A stretch of 64,000 nucleotides of DNA. Source: Tagaea sp. Its GTDB lineage: Bacteria; Pseudomonadota; Alphaproteobacteria; CACIAM-22H2. Of this stretch, positions 19,122 through 27,089 are shown piece after piece. The notes under the pieces are model-generated. The model searched no databases and was not told where the DNA came from. It saw nothing but the letters and a program-made list of their open reading frames with translations. How positions within the stretch are numbered: the first letter of the stretch is position 1; each line of letters opens with the position of its first letter. The translations under genes and the position numbers were made by a program. The stretch lies in the NCBI GenBank assembly GCA_965279525.1, contig CBDIIB010000004.1, positions 32,001-96,000 on the forward strand, written 5' to 3'.

Positions 19122-20029
19122 GCGCCGGCACGTCGACCGCAGAACTCGGCGAGGGAGTCGAGACGCCGTTCATGCGCTTCGCGCGCGACTTCACCGAATC
19201 GCGCGTCGCAACTGTGGGCTTGGCCGCATTGGCGGCCATTGCATTCCTGGCGGTTTTTGCGACCTGGGTGGCGCCGCAGAACCCCTACGATCTTGTGCAA
19301 CTCGACATCATGGACAGTCGGCTGCCGCCGGGCAGCCCCGCGTCGGCAGGGTTCACCTATTGGCTTGGCGTGGACGGACAGGGACGCGACATGTTGTCGG
19401 CGATTCTCTACGGCCTGCGCATCTCGCTTGGCGTCGGCGCCGGTTCGGCGCTCATCGCTGGCGCGATCGGCGCCAGTCTCGGCCTGCTGGCCGGCTATGT
19501 CGGCGGCTGGGTCGACGCGCTGATCATGCGGTTCGTCGATCTGCAGCTCTCCTTTCCGACAATTCTCGTGGCGCTGATGATCGTCGCGTTTCTCGGCAAG
19601 GGTGTGATGAATGTGGTGCTGGCCCTGGTGATCGTCGAGTGGGCCTATTACGCACGAACGGCGCGCGCGGCTGCCTTGGTCGAGCGCCGCCGGGAGTACA
19701 TCGAGGCCGCTGAATGCCTCGCGCTGCCGCGCTGGCGCGTGCTGTTCGTCCACATGCTGCCAAACTGTCTGCCGCCACTGATCGTGATCACGGCGATCCA
19801 GGTTGCGCGCGCGATCGCATTGGAGGCAACGCTGTCTTTTCTCGGGCTCGGCGTGCCGCCAACCGAACCCTCGCTCGGAATGCTGATTGCCAACGGGTTC
19901 GACTTCATGCTGTCGGGGCGCTACTGGGTCAGCTTCTATCCCGGTGTGGCATTGCTTGTCACGATCGTCTCGATCAACGTCGTCACCGACCAGTTGCGCG
20001 ACGTGCTTAACCCGCGCATCACCCAGTGA
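19118..20029 (+). CDS. Peptide/nickel ABC permease (DppC type)
   Basis: LGVDGQGRD, YIEAA, EATLSFLGLG. Confidence 0.93.
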   Translation: MSAGTSTAELGEGVETPFMRFARDFTESRVATVGLAALAAIAFLAVFATWVAPQNPYDLVQLDIMDSRLPPGSPASAGFTYWLGVDGQGRDMLSAILYGLRISLGVGAGSALIAGAIGASLGLLAGYVGGWVDALIMRFVDLQLSFPTILVALMIVAFLGKGVMNVVLALVIVEWAYYARTARAAALVERRREYIEAAECLALPRWRVLFVHMLPNCLPPLIVITAIQVARAIALEATLSFLGLGVPPTEPSLGMLIANGFDFMLSGRYWVSFYPGVALLVTIVSINVVTDQLRDVLNPRITQ

Positions 20030-20849
20030 ATTTTGCCGCTTCGAACCAGTCCCATTCCCACGGCACGATGGCGCGCAGCGGGCTATCGAACGACACCTGT
20101 TCGATGTCCGAGACGTCGCGCAGGCGACCGGCACGACGCAAAGCCACGTCGCGCGCTTCGCGGTCGGCGACAAATTCAAGCGGATCCTCGTCGAGATAGA
20201 GAATCGTCAAGCGGTTAGGTGCCGCGGCTGGATCGCGCGTGTTGCTGTCGGGGAAATTCCAGCTCGGTCCGCTGTCCTCGCCCCACTCGTGACGGAACAG
20301 GTCATCGGCCGCCAGTGTCCACGCTCCGGCCACGCCCCGGCACTGCAGCAGATCGGGAATACGGACTTCGTCGTACCAGCGAAACAGTGCGTGCGCACCC
20401 GGCGCCTTCGGATCGACGGTCGACAGCGTGATATGCACGCCCTTGGTCGGGCAAAACGGCAGGATGTCGGCCGTGACGGGAAGGCGCGGGCCCGCGTAGC
20501 CCTTGATCGGCGAGAACAGGCCGCGCATCGGGCGCTTCGTCCAGCGCACCTGCGGCGATCGGCCCCACTGGAACGAACGCTCCGAAAGCATGAAAAAGTC
20601 GTCGAGCGTCTCGCGGATCGGCTCGCGGAACCAGTACATGACCCCGTAGTGCGTACTTGCCAGTGACGGTGCCACGGTGCGGCTCGCCGACATGCAATCG
20701 GGCGAGCGGACCCAGCGGTCGTTCCACACGATGCCAGGCAGGATCAGGTTCTCCGGAATGTGGTCGAGCTGGTGCCATTCATTGTGCGCCCGATGTTTGG
20801 TCGGGTCGGTAATCTCGGCAAGCGAGAAATAGGCTTTGGCGGCGAACAT
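20019..20849 (-). CDS. Hypothetical protein, possible EthD-like dimeric alpha/beta barrel; paralog of next gene
   Basis: HNEWHQLDHIPENLILPG and WYDEVRIPDLLQCRGVAGAW repeats. Confidence 0.6.
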   Translation of the reverse strand: MFAAKAYFSLAEITDPTKHRAHNEWHQLDHIPENLILPGIVWNDRWVRSPDCMSASRTVAPSLASTHYGVMYWFREPIRETLDDFFMLSERSFQWGRSPQVRWTKRPMRGLFSPIKGYAGPRLPVTADILPFCPTKGVHITLSTVDPKAPGAHALFRWYDEVRIPDLLQCRGVAGAWTLAADDLFRHEWGEDSGPSWNFPDSNTRDPAAAPNRLTILYLDEDPLEFVADREARDVALRRAGRLRDVSDIEQVSFDSPLRAIVPWEWDWFEAAKFTG

Positions 20850-20854
20850 GGGCG

Positions 20855-21643
20855 TCAGGCTCCGATCCGCTGCACGTCGACGTCGAACCAATTCCAGCGC
20901 CAGGGCACGATCGTCCGCAGCGGGGCGGCGAACAGGGGTACTTCGGCCGGCGTCGTGTTTGGCAACCGGCCGGCGGCGCGCCAAGCGGATTCCCGCGTGC
21001 GCATGTCGGCCATGAAGTCGAGCGGATCACCGTCGAGATAGACAAGGAGAAGGCGCAGCACAGTGGCAGCGGGATCGCGGTTCGGCCGGAAGAGACTACG
21101 ACCGGCGAAGGTCCATGCGCCTGCCGCACCGCGGCACTCCAGTAAGTCGGGGATTCGCACCTGATCGTACCAGTGCGACACCGCTTCTGAGGCCGCGTCT
21201 CGGCCAGTCAGTCGCGACATCGACAGGTAAGCACCGCGCGCCGGCCGGAAAGCGAGGGCTTCGGGCGACACGAGGGCGCGCTGCGTGACGTAGCCTTTCA
21301 GCGGAACCAGAAGTTCGTGCAGCGTCCGTCGGCGCCATTGCGCATCGGGTTGCCGGCCGGTGTGCAGGTCGCGACATGACTGCTGATGGAACTCGCGCAG
21401 GCTGCGCTCGGCCGGCGGGCGGAACCAATGCAATCCCGCGTACTGCGTGCCTGCATGCGCGCCCGCGCTGGTGCCGCCGGCCCTCACGCAGTCGGGCGAG
21501 CGAACCCAGCGGTCGCTCCATGCGACACCGGGTTGCGCGAGCGCCTCGGGTCGACGCTGGAGATGTTCAAGTTCGTTGTAAAGCGTGTGCTTTGACGGAT
21601 CGTCGAGCTCGTCGAGGGAAAGCATCACGAGTGGCGCGAACAT
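20855..21643 (-). CDS. Hypothetical protein, paralog of 20019-20849
   Basis: Shared MFA..., DRWVRSPDC, KGY, WYDxVRIPDLLxCRG, PLRxIVPWxWxWF. Confidence 0.7.
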   Translation of the reverse strand: MFAPLVMLSLDELDDPSKHTLYNELEHLQRRPEALAQPGVAWSDRWVRSPDCVRAGGTSAGAHAGTQYAGLHWFRPPAERSLREFHQQSCRDLHTGRQPDAQWRRRTLHELLVPLKGYVTQRALVSPEALAFRPARGAYLSMSRLTGRDAASEAVSHWYDQVRIPDLLECRGAAGAWTFAGRSLFRPNRDPAATVLRLLLVYLDGDPLDFMADMRTRESAWRAAGRLPNTTPAEVPLFAAPLRTIVPWRWNWFDVDVQRIGA

Positions 21644-21772
21644 GACGGCTTCCTGTCGTGGACGATGGCCTCGACGCTATCGGCGCGGTGTGCGGAGATC
21701 AAGCGGCATGGCAGTTCACGGTCGCCATGTTGACACGTACCGGTGCAGCGCCTATCCTAAAAATGGACAATC

Positions 21773-21791
21773 ATCCGCTATGCGGACAAAT
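21773..21791. promoter_or_regulatory. Putative IclR operator 3
   Basis: ATCCGCTATGCGGACAAAT in divergent intergenic region. Confidence 0.6.
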
Positions 21792-21822
21792 GGCGAAAAG
21801 CCAGGAAATTGGGAGGAACGGC

Positions 21823-23421
21823 ATGAACGCTGTCTCGCGCGCAGTTGCGCTCTCAAGCCTTCGTCGCATCGTGCACGGTACTTGCGCCGCTTTCCTGCTG
21901 GCGCTGCCGGCCCTGGCAGCGGACCTGACGATCGGCGTGCCGATCACGCCGACGAGCATGGATCCGCACTATCACAACGTCTCGCAGAACATCAGCCCGC
22001 TGTCGCACGTGCTTGAGCCGCTGGTGTTCGTCGAGGGCACGAAGGACCTGTCGCCAGCGCTCGCTGTGTCGTGGCGCGCGATCGACGACAAGACGTGGGA
22101 ATTCAAGCTGCGGCCGGGCGTCAAGTTCCACGACGGCTCGGATTTCACCGCCGAAGACGTCGCCTTCACGCTCCGCCGCGTTCCGAAGGTCCCGAATCCG
22201 CTGGCGTCGTCGACGATCTTCACGCGCAGCATCGCGGAGATCATCGTCGTCGATCCGATGACCGTTCACCTGAAGACGATCTACCCTGACGCCGAATTGC
22301 CGGTGAACATGTCGCAGCTGCTGGTTTTGTCGCACAAGGCGGCGGCCGGTCCTGCGGCCGAAGGCAAGACGACCCAGCAGCTCAATGCAGGCGAAGGCCT
22401 GATTGGTACTGGCCCTTATAAGTTCGTCGGCTTTACGCCCGGCGAGCGCGTCACCGTCACGGCGAACCGGAATTACTGGGGCAAGGCGCCGATGTGGGAC
22501 AACGTGACGCTCAAGGTCATCACGTCGGACGCGACGCGTACGGCGGCGGTGCTGTCGGGTGAGATCGATGCAGCAATGGTACCAGGGGAGAGCCTCGACC
22601 GACTGAAAGCGAGCCCGAACGTCAAGGTAACCACCGGAGACACGTGCTTCTTCGTCTATCTGGCGATGGACCAGTTCGAGAAGACCGCGACCGTCACCGG
22701 CACGGACGGCAGGAACCCGCTACGCGATCCGCGCGTACGGCGCGCGCTGTCGCTGGCGATCGATCGAAATGCGATCTCGCAACGCGTGTTGCTGGGCCTG
22801 GCGAAGCCGACGGCCGAGCTCGGGCCGGCTTCCATCTTCGGGACCACGCCCGGCGTCACGCCCGATCCTTTTGATCTCGACCAGGCGCGGAAACTGCTCG
22901 CGGAAGCGGGCTATCCGCAGGGTTTCGGCATCACGCTGCATACCCCGTCCGGCGTATTCGTCGGCGACACCCAGATCGGCCAGGCGGTTGCCGCAATGTG
23001 GACGCGCGCTGGCGTCAAGACGACAGTCGAGAGCGTCGTCAGTTCGCAGTTCTATTCCCGTCGCAACAACCGAGACTACAGCGCTTACGCGACGAACTTC
23101 TGCCCCTACACGGGCCAGATGTCGTACTCGGTCCGCCTGCTCGGCATGACGCGCGACCTGCCAAAGGCGAACGGGACGATCAACGTGTCGGGCTATTCGA
23201 ATCCGCAAGTCGATAGGCTGATCACCGAGGCGCTCGCGACCGTCGACGACGCAAAGCGGGCGGCCCTCGTTCAGCAGGCCAGCAAGATTGTCGTCAAGGA
23301 CGAGCATGCGGTGCTTTCGCTCGTTCAACTTGGCTACGTCTACGCCACCAAGAAGAACCTGACGCTGCGCACCCGGATGGATACATATCTAACGGCTATG
23401 CAGATCACGCCGGACGGCTGA
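21823..23421 (+). CDS. ABC substrate-binding protein, family 5 (DppA-like)
   Basis: WEFKLRPGVKFHDGS, GTGPYKF; GGAGG RBS before ATG 21823. Confidence 0.92.
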   Translation: MNAVSRAVALSSLRRIVHGTCAAFLLALPALAADLTIGVPITPTSMDPHYHNVSQNISPLSHVLEPLVFVEGTKDLSPALAVSWRAIDDKTWEFKLRPGVKFHDGSDFTAEDVAFTLRRVPKVPNPLASSTIFTRSIAEIIVVDPMTVHLKTIYPDAELPVNMSQLLVLSHKAAAGPAAEGKTTQQLNAGEGLIGTGPYKFVGFTPGERVTVTANRNYWGKAPMWDNVTLKVITSDATRTAAVLSGEIDAAMVPGESLDRLKASPNVKVTTGDTCFFVYLAMDQFEKTATVTGTDGRNPLRDPRVRRALSLAIDRNAISQRVLLGLAKPTAELGPASIFGTTPGVTPDPFDLDQARKLLAEAGYPQGFGITLHTPSGVFVGDTQIGQAVAAMWTRAGVKTTVESVVSSQFYSRRNNRDYSAYATNFCPYTGQMSYSVRLLGMTRDLPKANGTINVSGYSNPQVDRLITEALATVDDAKRAALVQQASKIVVKDEHAVLSLVQLGYVYATKKNLTLRTRMDTYLTAMQITPDG

Positions 23422-23425
23422 AGCG

Positions 23426-24316
23426 ATGTCGAACAAGGTCATCCTAACCTGCGCCGTTACGGGAGCAGGCGATACGGGGCTCAAGTATCCGGCCGTACCG
23501 GTGACGCCGGCGCAGATCGCGGATGCATCGATTGAAGCGTGCCGGGCGGGGGCTGCGATCGCGCATATCCATGTGCGCGATCCCAAGACCGGCAAGCCGA
23601 GCATGGACGTTGCGCTCTATCGCGAGGTTGTCGAGCGCATCCGCGACAGCGGCTGCGACGTGGTGATCAACCTTACGACCGGGCCGGGAGCCCGCTTCGT
23701 GCCTTCGGACACGATGCGCAATACGGCGGCGGACGGTTCGAACCTTCGCCCGCCGCTCGAGCGTGTGACGCACATAATCGAGCTCAAGCCAGATATCTGC
23801 AGTCTTGACATGGGGAGCCTAAATTTCGGATCCGGCACCCTGATCAACGTCCCTCGGCACGTCGAGGTCATGGCCGAAGCGATCCGCAAAGCAGGTGTGA
23901 TGCCTGAGCTTGAGGTTTTCGATACCGGCCACATCGCGCTCGCACTGGACATGATGAAGCGCGGCCTGCTGGATAAGTCCTCGCTGTTCCAGGCCGTGCT
24001 CGGTGCTCCGTGGAGTGCTCCGGCCACTCCGGAAACTATGATGCTGATAAAGCAACTGATGCCGCCGGGTACACCCTGGGCGGCATTCGGTGTCGGGCGC
24101 TGGCAGTTTCCGATGCTCGCCCAGGCATTGCTGCTCGGCGGCCATGTGCGGGTCGGTCTTGAAGACAATCTCTACCTGGAGAAGGGCGTGCTGGCGCCGA
24201 GCAACGCCGCCCTTGTCGAGTGCGGTGTCAAGATCATGCGTTCACTCGGCTTCGAGCCGGCCACGCCGACGGAAGCTCGGCGCATTCTGCGAATTGGGAC
24301 GCCGGCGACGATCTGA
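23426..24316 (+). CDS. Beta-keto acid cleavage enzyme (Kce/BKACE, DUF849)
   Basis: ILTCAVTG, HIHVRD, GGHVRVGLED. Confidence 0.92.
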   Translation: MSNKVILTCAVTGAGDTGLKYPAVPVTPAQIADASIEACRAGAAIAHIHVRDPKTGKPSMDVALYREVVERIRDSGCDVVINLTTGPGARFVPSDTMRNTAADGSNLRPPLERVTHIIELKPDICSLDMGSLNFGSGTLINVPRHVEVMAEAIRKAGVMPELEVFDTGHIALALDMMKRGLLDKSSLFQAVLGAPWSAPATPETMMLIKQLMPPGTPWAAFGVGRWQFPMLAQALLLGGHVRVGLEDNLYLEKGVLAPSNAALVECGVKIMRSLGFEPATPTEARRILRIGTPATI

Positions 24317-24475
24317 TCTGTGATTGGGTCGGTCTGGTTGCGAGTCCCGGTTCCTTTGTGATGCCTACCTCGATATCCGCGGAGTCCTGAGGCGGCCCAG
24401 CGTCGCTCGACCGCAGTTGATTTTACGAACTGAATTGCCAGCACCTTCATGGCTTTCGACTAATTTTCATTGCTG

Positions 24476-24594
24476 TTAGTTTCCACTCGTTTCCCTTAAA
24501 TGCAGATAATTTTGGAAACTGCCATTGAAATCATTGAATAAACAGAAGTCTGGGGGACTGGGGGTCGCAGGTTCGAATCCTGTCGCTCCGACCA
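24476..24594 (+). repeat. att junction 2: conserved arm plus tRNA-Pro 3'-half repeat
   Basis: Exact 48-bp repeat at 24547-24594. Confidence 0.95.
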
Positions 24595-24600
24595 TCAAAG

Positions 24601-24634
24601 AAGCCCGCCGCCGGGAGACCGGTCGGCGGGCTTT
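24601..24634 (+). terminator. Hairpin terminator type B
   Basis: AAGCCCGCCGCCGG-gaga-CCGGTCGGCGGGCTTT. Confidence 0.7.
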
Positions 24635-24702
24635 ACCGTTTTGGGCAACCATGGGAATGTGGAAATCAATAGTTTGCCTTAGCACAATCTTGGGGAGGGG
24701 AT

Positions 24703-25245
24703 ATGTTCGAGCGGGTTTGGAAAGGATTGGCTAGTGCTATGCTGGTCGGCTTGCTGTTCGTGGCACCGATACGACCGGTGCTTGCAGACGGCACCGTCTG
24801 CGTCTGGCATGGGGATAGTCCGGCTTTCCGCGCCGACGTTGAGGGGGCCGCTAACCAGTTCCGTAACAATCCGGGCGTTCGCCGCAGCGTAGTCGGCGGC
24901 ACCGTAGATGTGGCCCACGCAGCTTTTATTGAAATGACGCGTGTTACTGAATTGCTAGCCACAATCATCGTGAACAACATCCGGGTGATCGAAGATTCCA
25001 TGACGTATGTGGCACGGGCCTCTATCCGAGCGGAGTCCGAGAAGGGCCATTTCAACGAGATAAACCTCTATAAGGGCTATTGCCGGGCCTTCCCGCCAGA
25101 TACCGAAGTGCAATACTGGGTGCAGAAGTGGACGACCGGGTGGGACGGCTTCTGCCATGGCTGGATCAAGGTCGTCGACGGATCGTGGACAAACGTCTAT
25201 CTCTCCGGCACCGTGTTCAATTCCAGTTGCTACATAGTGATTTGA
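24703..25245 (+). CDS. Secreted 4-Cys protein, paralog 1 (unknown family)
   Basis: GGAGG RBS, Sec-like signal ending VLA; CRAFP..GW..C..G..C pattern shared with 25966 and 26522. Confidence 0.8.
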   Translation: MFERVWKGLASAMLVGLLFVAPIRPVLADGTVCVWHGDSPAFRADVEGAANQFRNNPGVRRSVVGGTVDVAHAAFIEMTRVTELLATIIVNNIRVIEDSMTYVARASIRAESEKGHFNEINLYKGYCRAFPPDTEVQYWVQKWTTGWDGFCHGWIKVVDGSWTNVYLSGTVFNSSCYIVI

Positions 25246-25389
25246 ACGACATCTGGAAATTGTGCTCCGTCAGCGACATCGTTAGCTAACGGGATATTAC
25301 GGGCGCTGCCCATTGGCTCACTGCCCATGCGACGGCCTCCGCGCGACGAGTTGTACCTCCGCGGAGGCCGGTCCCTTAAAGATCAGTTG

Positions 25390-25711
25390 GCGCTGCGCAA
25401 ATGGATTGCTGCCGTCGGTGCGAAGACTGCCTACATCGAACCTGGCAGCCCCTGGGAGAACGGCTACTGTGAGAGCTTCAACGGCAAGCTGAGAGACGAG
25501 CTGCTCAACGCGGAGATCTTCTACAGCCTGAAGGAGGCCAAGACCGTCATCGAGGCCTGGCGGCGGCACTACAACACGATCCGTCCGCACTCATCGCTTG
25601 GCTATCGACCACCGGCGCCGGAAGCGCTGGTCATGCCGGTAGCCACGGCAATGGCGCAAACGGCACGACTAAACCAACATCCGTAACGGGCCACTCGGTG
25701 GGGGCCGGTCA
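25390..25711 (+). mobile_element. IS3-family remnant (integrase-core C-terminus and right end)
   Basis: YIEPGSPWENGYCESFNGKLRDE...YNTIRPHSSLGYRPPAP; ends GGGGCCGGTCA. Confidence 0.88.
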
Positions 25712-25940
25712 CCGGTGCGATCCAGGGCTGGCCAGTGCCCGAGGCGCGCCTGTTCCTGAAAGACCTCACCGAACACGCCACCCAGCTCGAATCTGTCTAT
25801 GCCCACCGCTGGCGGCTGCACGACCTGGTGATCCGGGACAGCCGGGCGGTCATGCACCGGCCCCGGCGCTACGACCACAACAAGCCCCGCGACATGCGCC
25901 GCACGACTGTCGCCGACAGCGCACCGCTGCTGGCGCGGCC
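25712..25940 (+). pseudogene. TauD/TfdA dioxygenase C-terminal fragment
   Basis: LTEHATQ..VYAHRWRLHDLVIRDSRAVMHR...RDMRRTTV (degenerate WDNR..H). Confidence 0.8.
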
Positions 25941-25965
25941 GCTCAGAGCGGCTGGGATCGCCGCC

Positions 25966-26493
25966 TCAGTTCACCTTCGCATTAGGCGAGAATTCGCAGC
26001 TGGTCTTGATCCACGGCCCGGTCATCATCATCGTGACGTCGCCCGTCATCGTCACGCCGTGGGCGCAGATTTCGTGCCAGCCGGAGCGTTCGATCTGTGC
26101 GTAGACGTTGACGGCCGTTCCAGCCGGGAACGACCGGCAGAAATACTCGGAATAGAGCAGCGTCTCCCAGTGGCTGCCCTCGCCGGGCCCTCTGATATAG
26201 GCACGCCCGGTATAGGCGTTCATGACATCGGCCATCCACACGACGCCGACGAGACCCAGATAGCCGCGCACCTCGTCGATTGCCAGCTGGTTGGCGTACA
26301 TGTCAGAGATGCCGCGGACATTTGAATTGGCGCCCGTGTTTAGGATGCACAGCCGGTAAGTGCCGGGTAGCGGTTGTGTCACACGGTTCTTCGGCCAGTC
26401 AAACGGCGTCGGAACCGTCTGCGCGTACGCACCGGCCGCGATGCCAAGAACGAGAGCGAGCGCGGCGAGCCGCGTCGTGAAAATCCGATGCAT
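25966..26493 (-). CDS. Secreted 4-Cys protein, paralog 2 (175 aa)
   Basis: AAGGAG RBS, signal ending AYA-Q; PTPxDWPKN, LLYSEYxCRSF. Confidence 0.85.
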   Translation of the reverse strand: MHRIFTTRLAALALVLGIAAGAYAQTVPTPFDWPKNRVTQPLPGTYRLCILNTGANSNVRGISDMYANQLAIDEVRGYLGLVGVVWMADVMNAYTGRAYIRGPGEGSHWETLLYSEYFCRSFPAGTAVNVYAQIERSGWHEICAHGVTMTGDVTMMMTGPWIKTSCEFSPNAKVN

Positions 26494-26521
26494 CTTTGCG
26501 GCGTCTCCTTGCGTCGGAATT

Positions 26522-27049
26522 TCAGCGCGTCAGCGTCGCCCCGGCCGAGTAGGCGCATTTGGGCGAGGCCACGTTTCCGGTCAGCATCACCGTGGTGTCC
26601 TTGTTCATCTGGAAGTCGTGGAAACAGATCTCGCGCCAACCGCCCCGATCGATCTGGGTATAGACGCTGACCAGCGTTCCGGCCCGAAAGGAACGGCAGG
26701 CATACTCGCTGTAGAGAAGCTCCACCCAGTGGCCGGTTTCGCCCGGCTGCTTCATGAAGATGCGGCCGATATACAACAACAGGGGATCCAACGCGTAGCC
26801 GGCGGCCCATGCCTCGAGATTGTTGCGCACACCGCCGATCGAGAGCTGGTTGGCGCCGAGGCCGTCGATGCCGTTCGTGGTGGTGTTCGGCCCCACGTTG
26901 AACACGCACATGCGGAAGGCTCCGTTGGCCGGTGCCGTCAGCGTGTTCTTGGGCCAGTCCTGCGGCGTGGGAATCTGCGCGTGCACGCCGGCCGCCATGC
27001 AGAAGACAAGGGAGAGGGCGAGAGTAAGTGTCGCGATCGTCCGGCGCAT
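26522..27049 (-). CDS. Secreted 4-Cys protein, paralog 3 (175 aa)
   Basis: Start MRRTIA; signal ending VHA-Q; colinear with paralog 2. Confidence 0.85.
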   Translation of the reverse strand: MRRTIATLTLALSLVFCMAAGVHAQIPTPQDWPKNTLTAPANGAFRMCVFNVGPNTTTNGIDGLGANQLSIGGVRNNLEAWAAGYALDPLLLYIGRIFMKQPGETGHWVELLYSEYACRSFRAGTLVSVYTQIDRGGWREICFHDFQMNKDTTVMLTGNVASPKCAYSAGATLTR

Positions 27050-27089
27050 TGCGGGATTCCTATTTTGAAGTTGGCATTTCTTGCAGCGT

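Larger units (their letters stand above)
12064..24594. mobile_element. att-bounded cargo unit 2 (aromatic-type catabolism), no integrase seen
   Basis: Lies between tRNA 3'-half repeats ending 12063 and 24594. Confidence 0.75.

Noticed and set aside
24476-24734. Short ORFs containing MVGATGFEPATP or GLGVAGSNPVAPT
   Set aside because: Translations of the tRNA-derived repeat, not proteins.
25334-25369. GC hairpin GGCCTCCGCG...CGCGGAGGCC before the IS3 fragment
   Set aside because: Single copy, no U-tract, no assignable function.
25327-25686. IS3 integrase-core ORF as the array's recombinase
   Set aside because: It is a truncated DDE transposase fragment, not a site-specific tyrosine recombinase.
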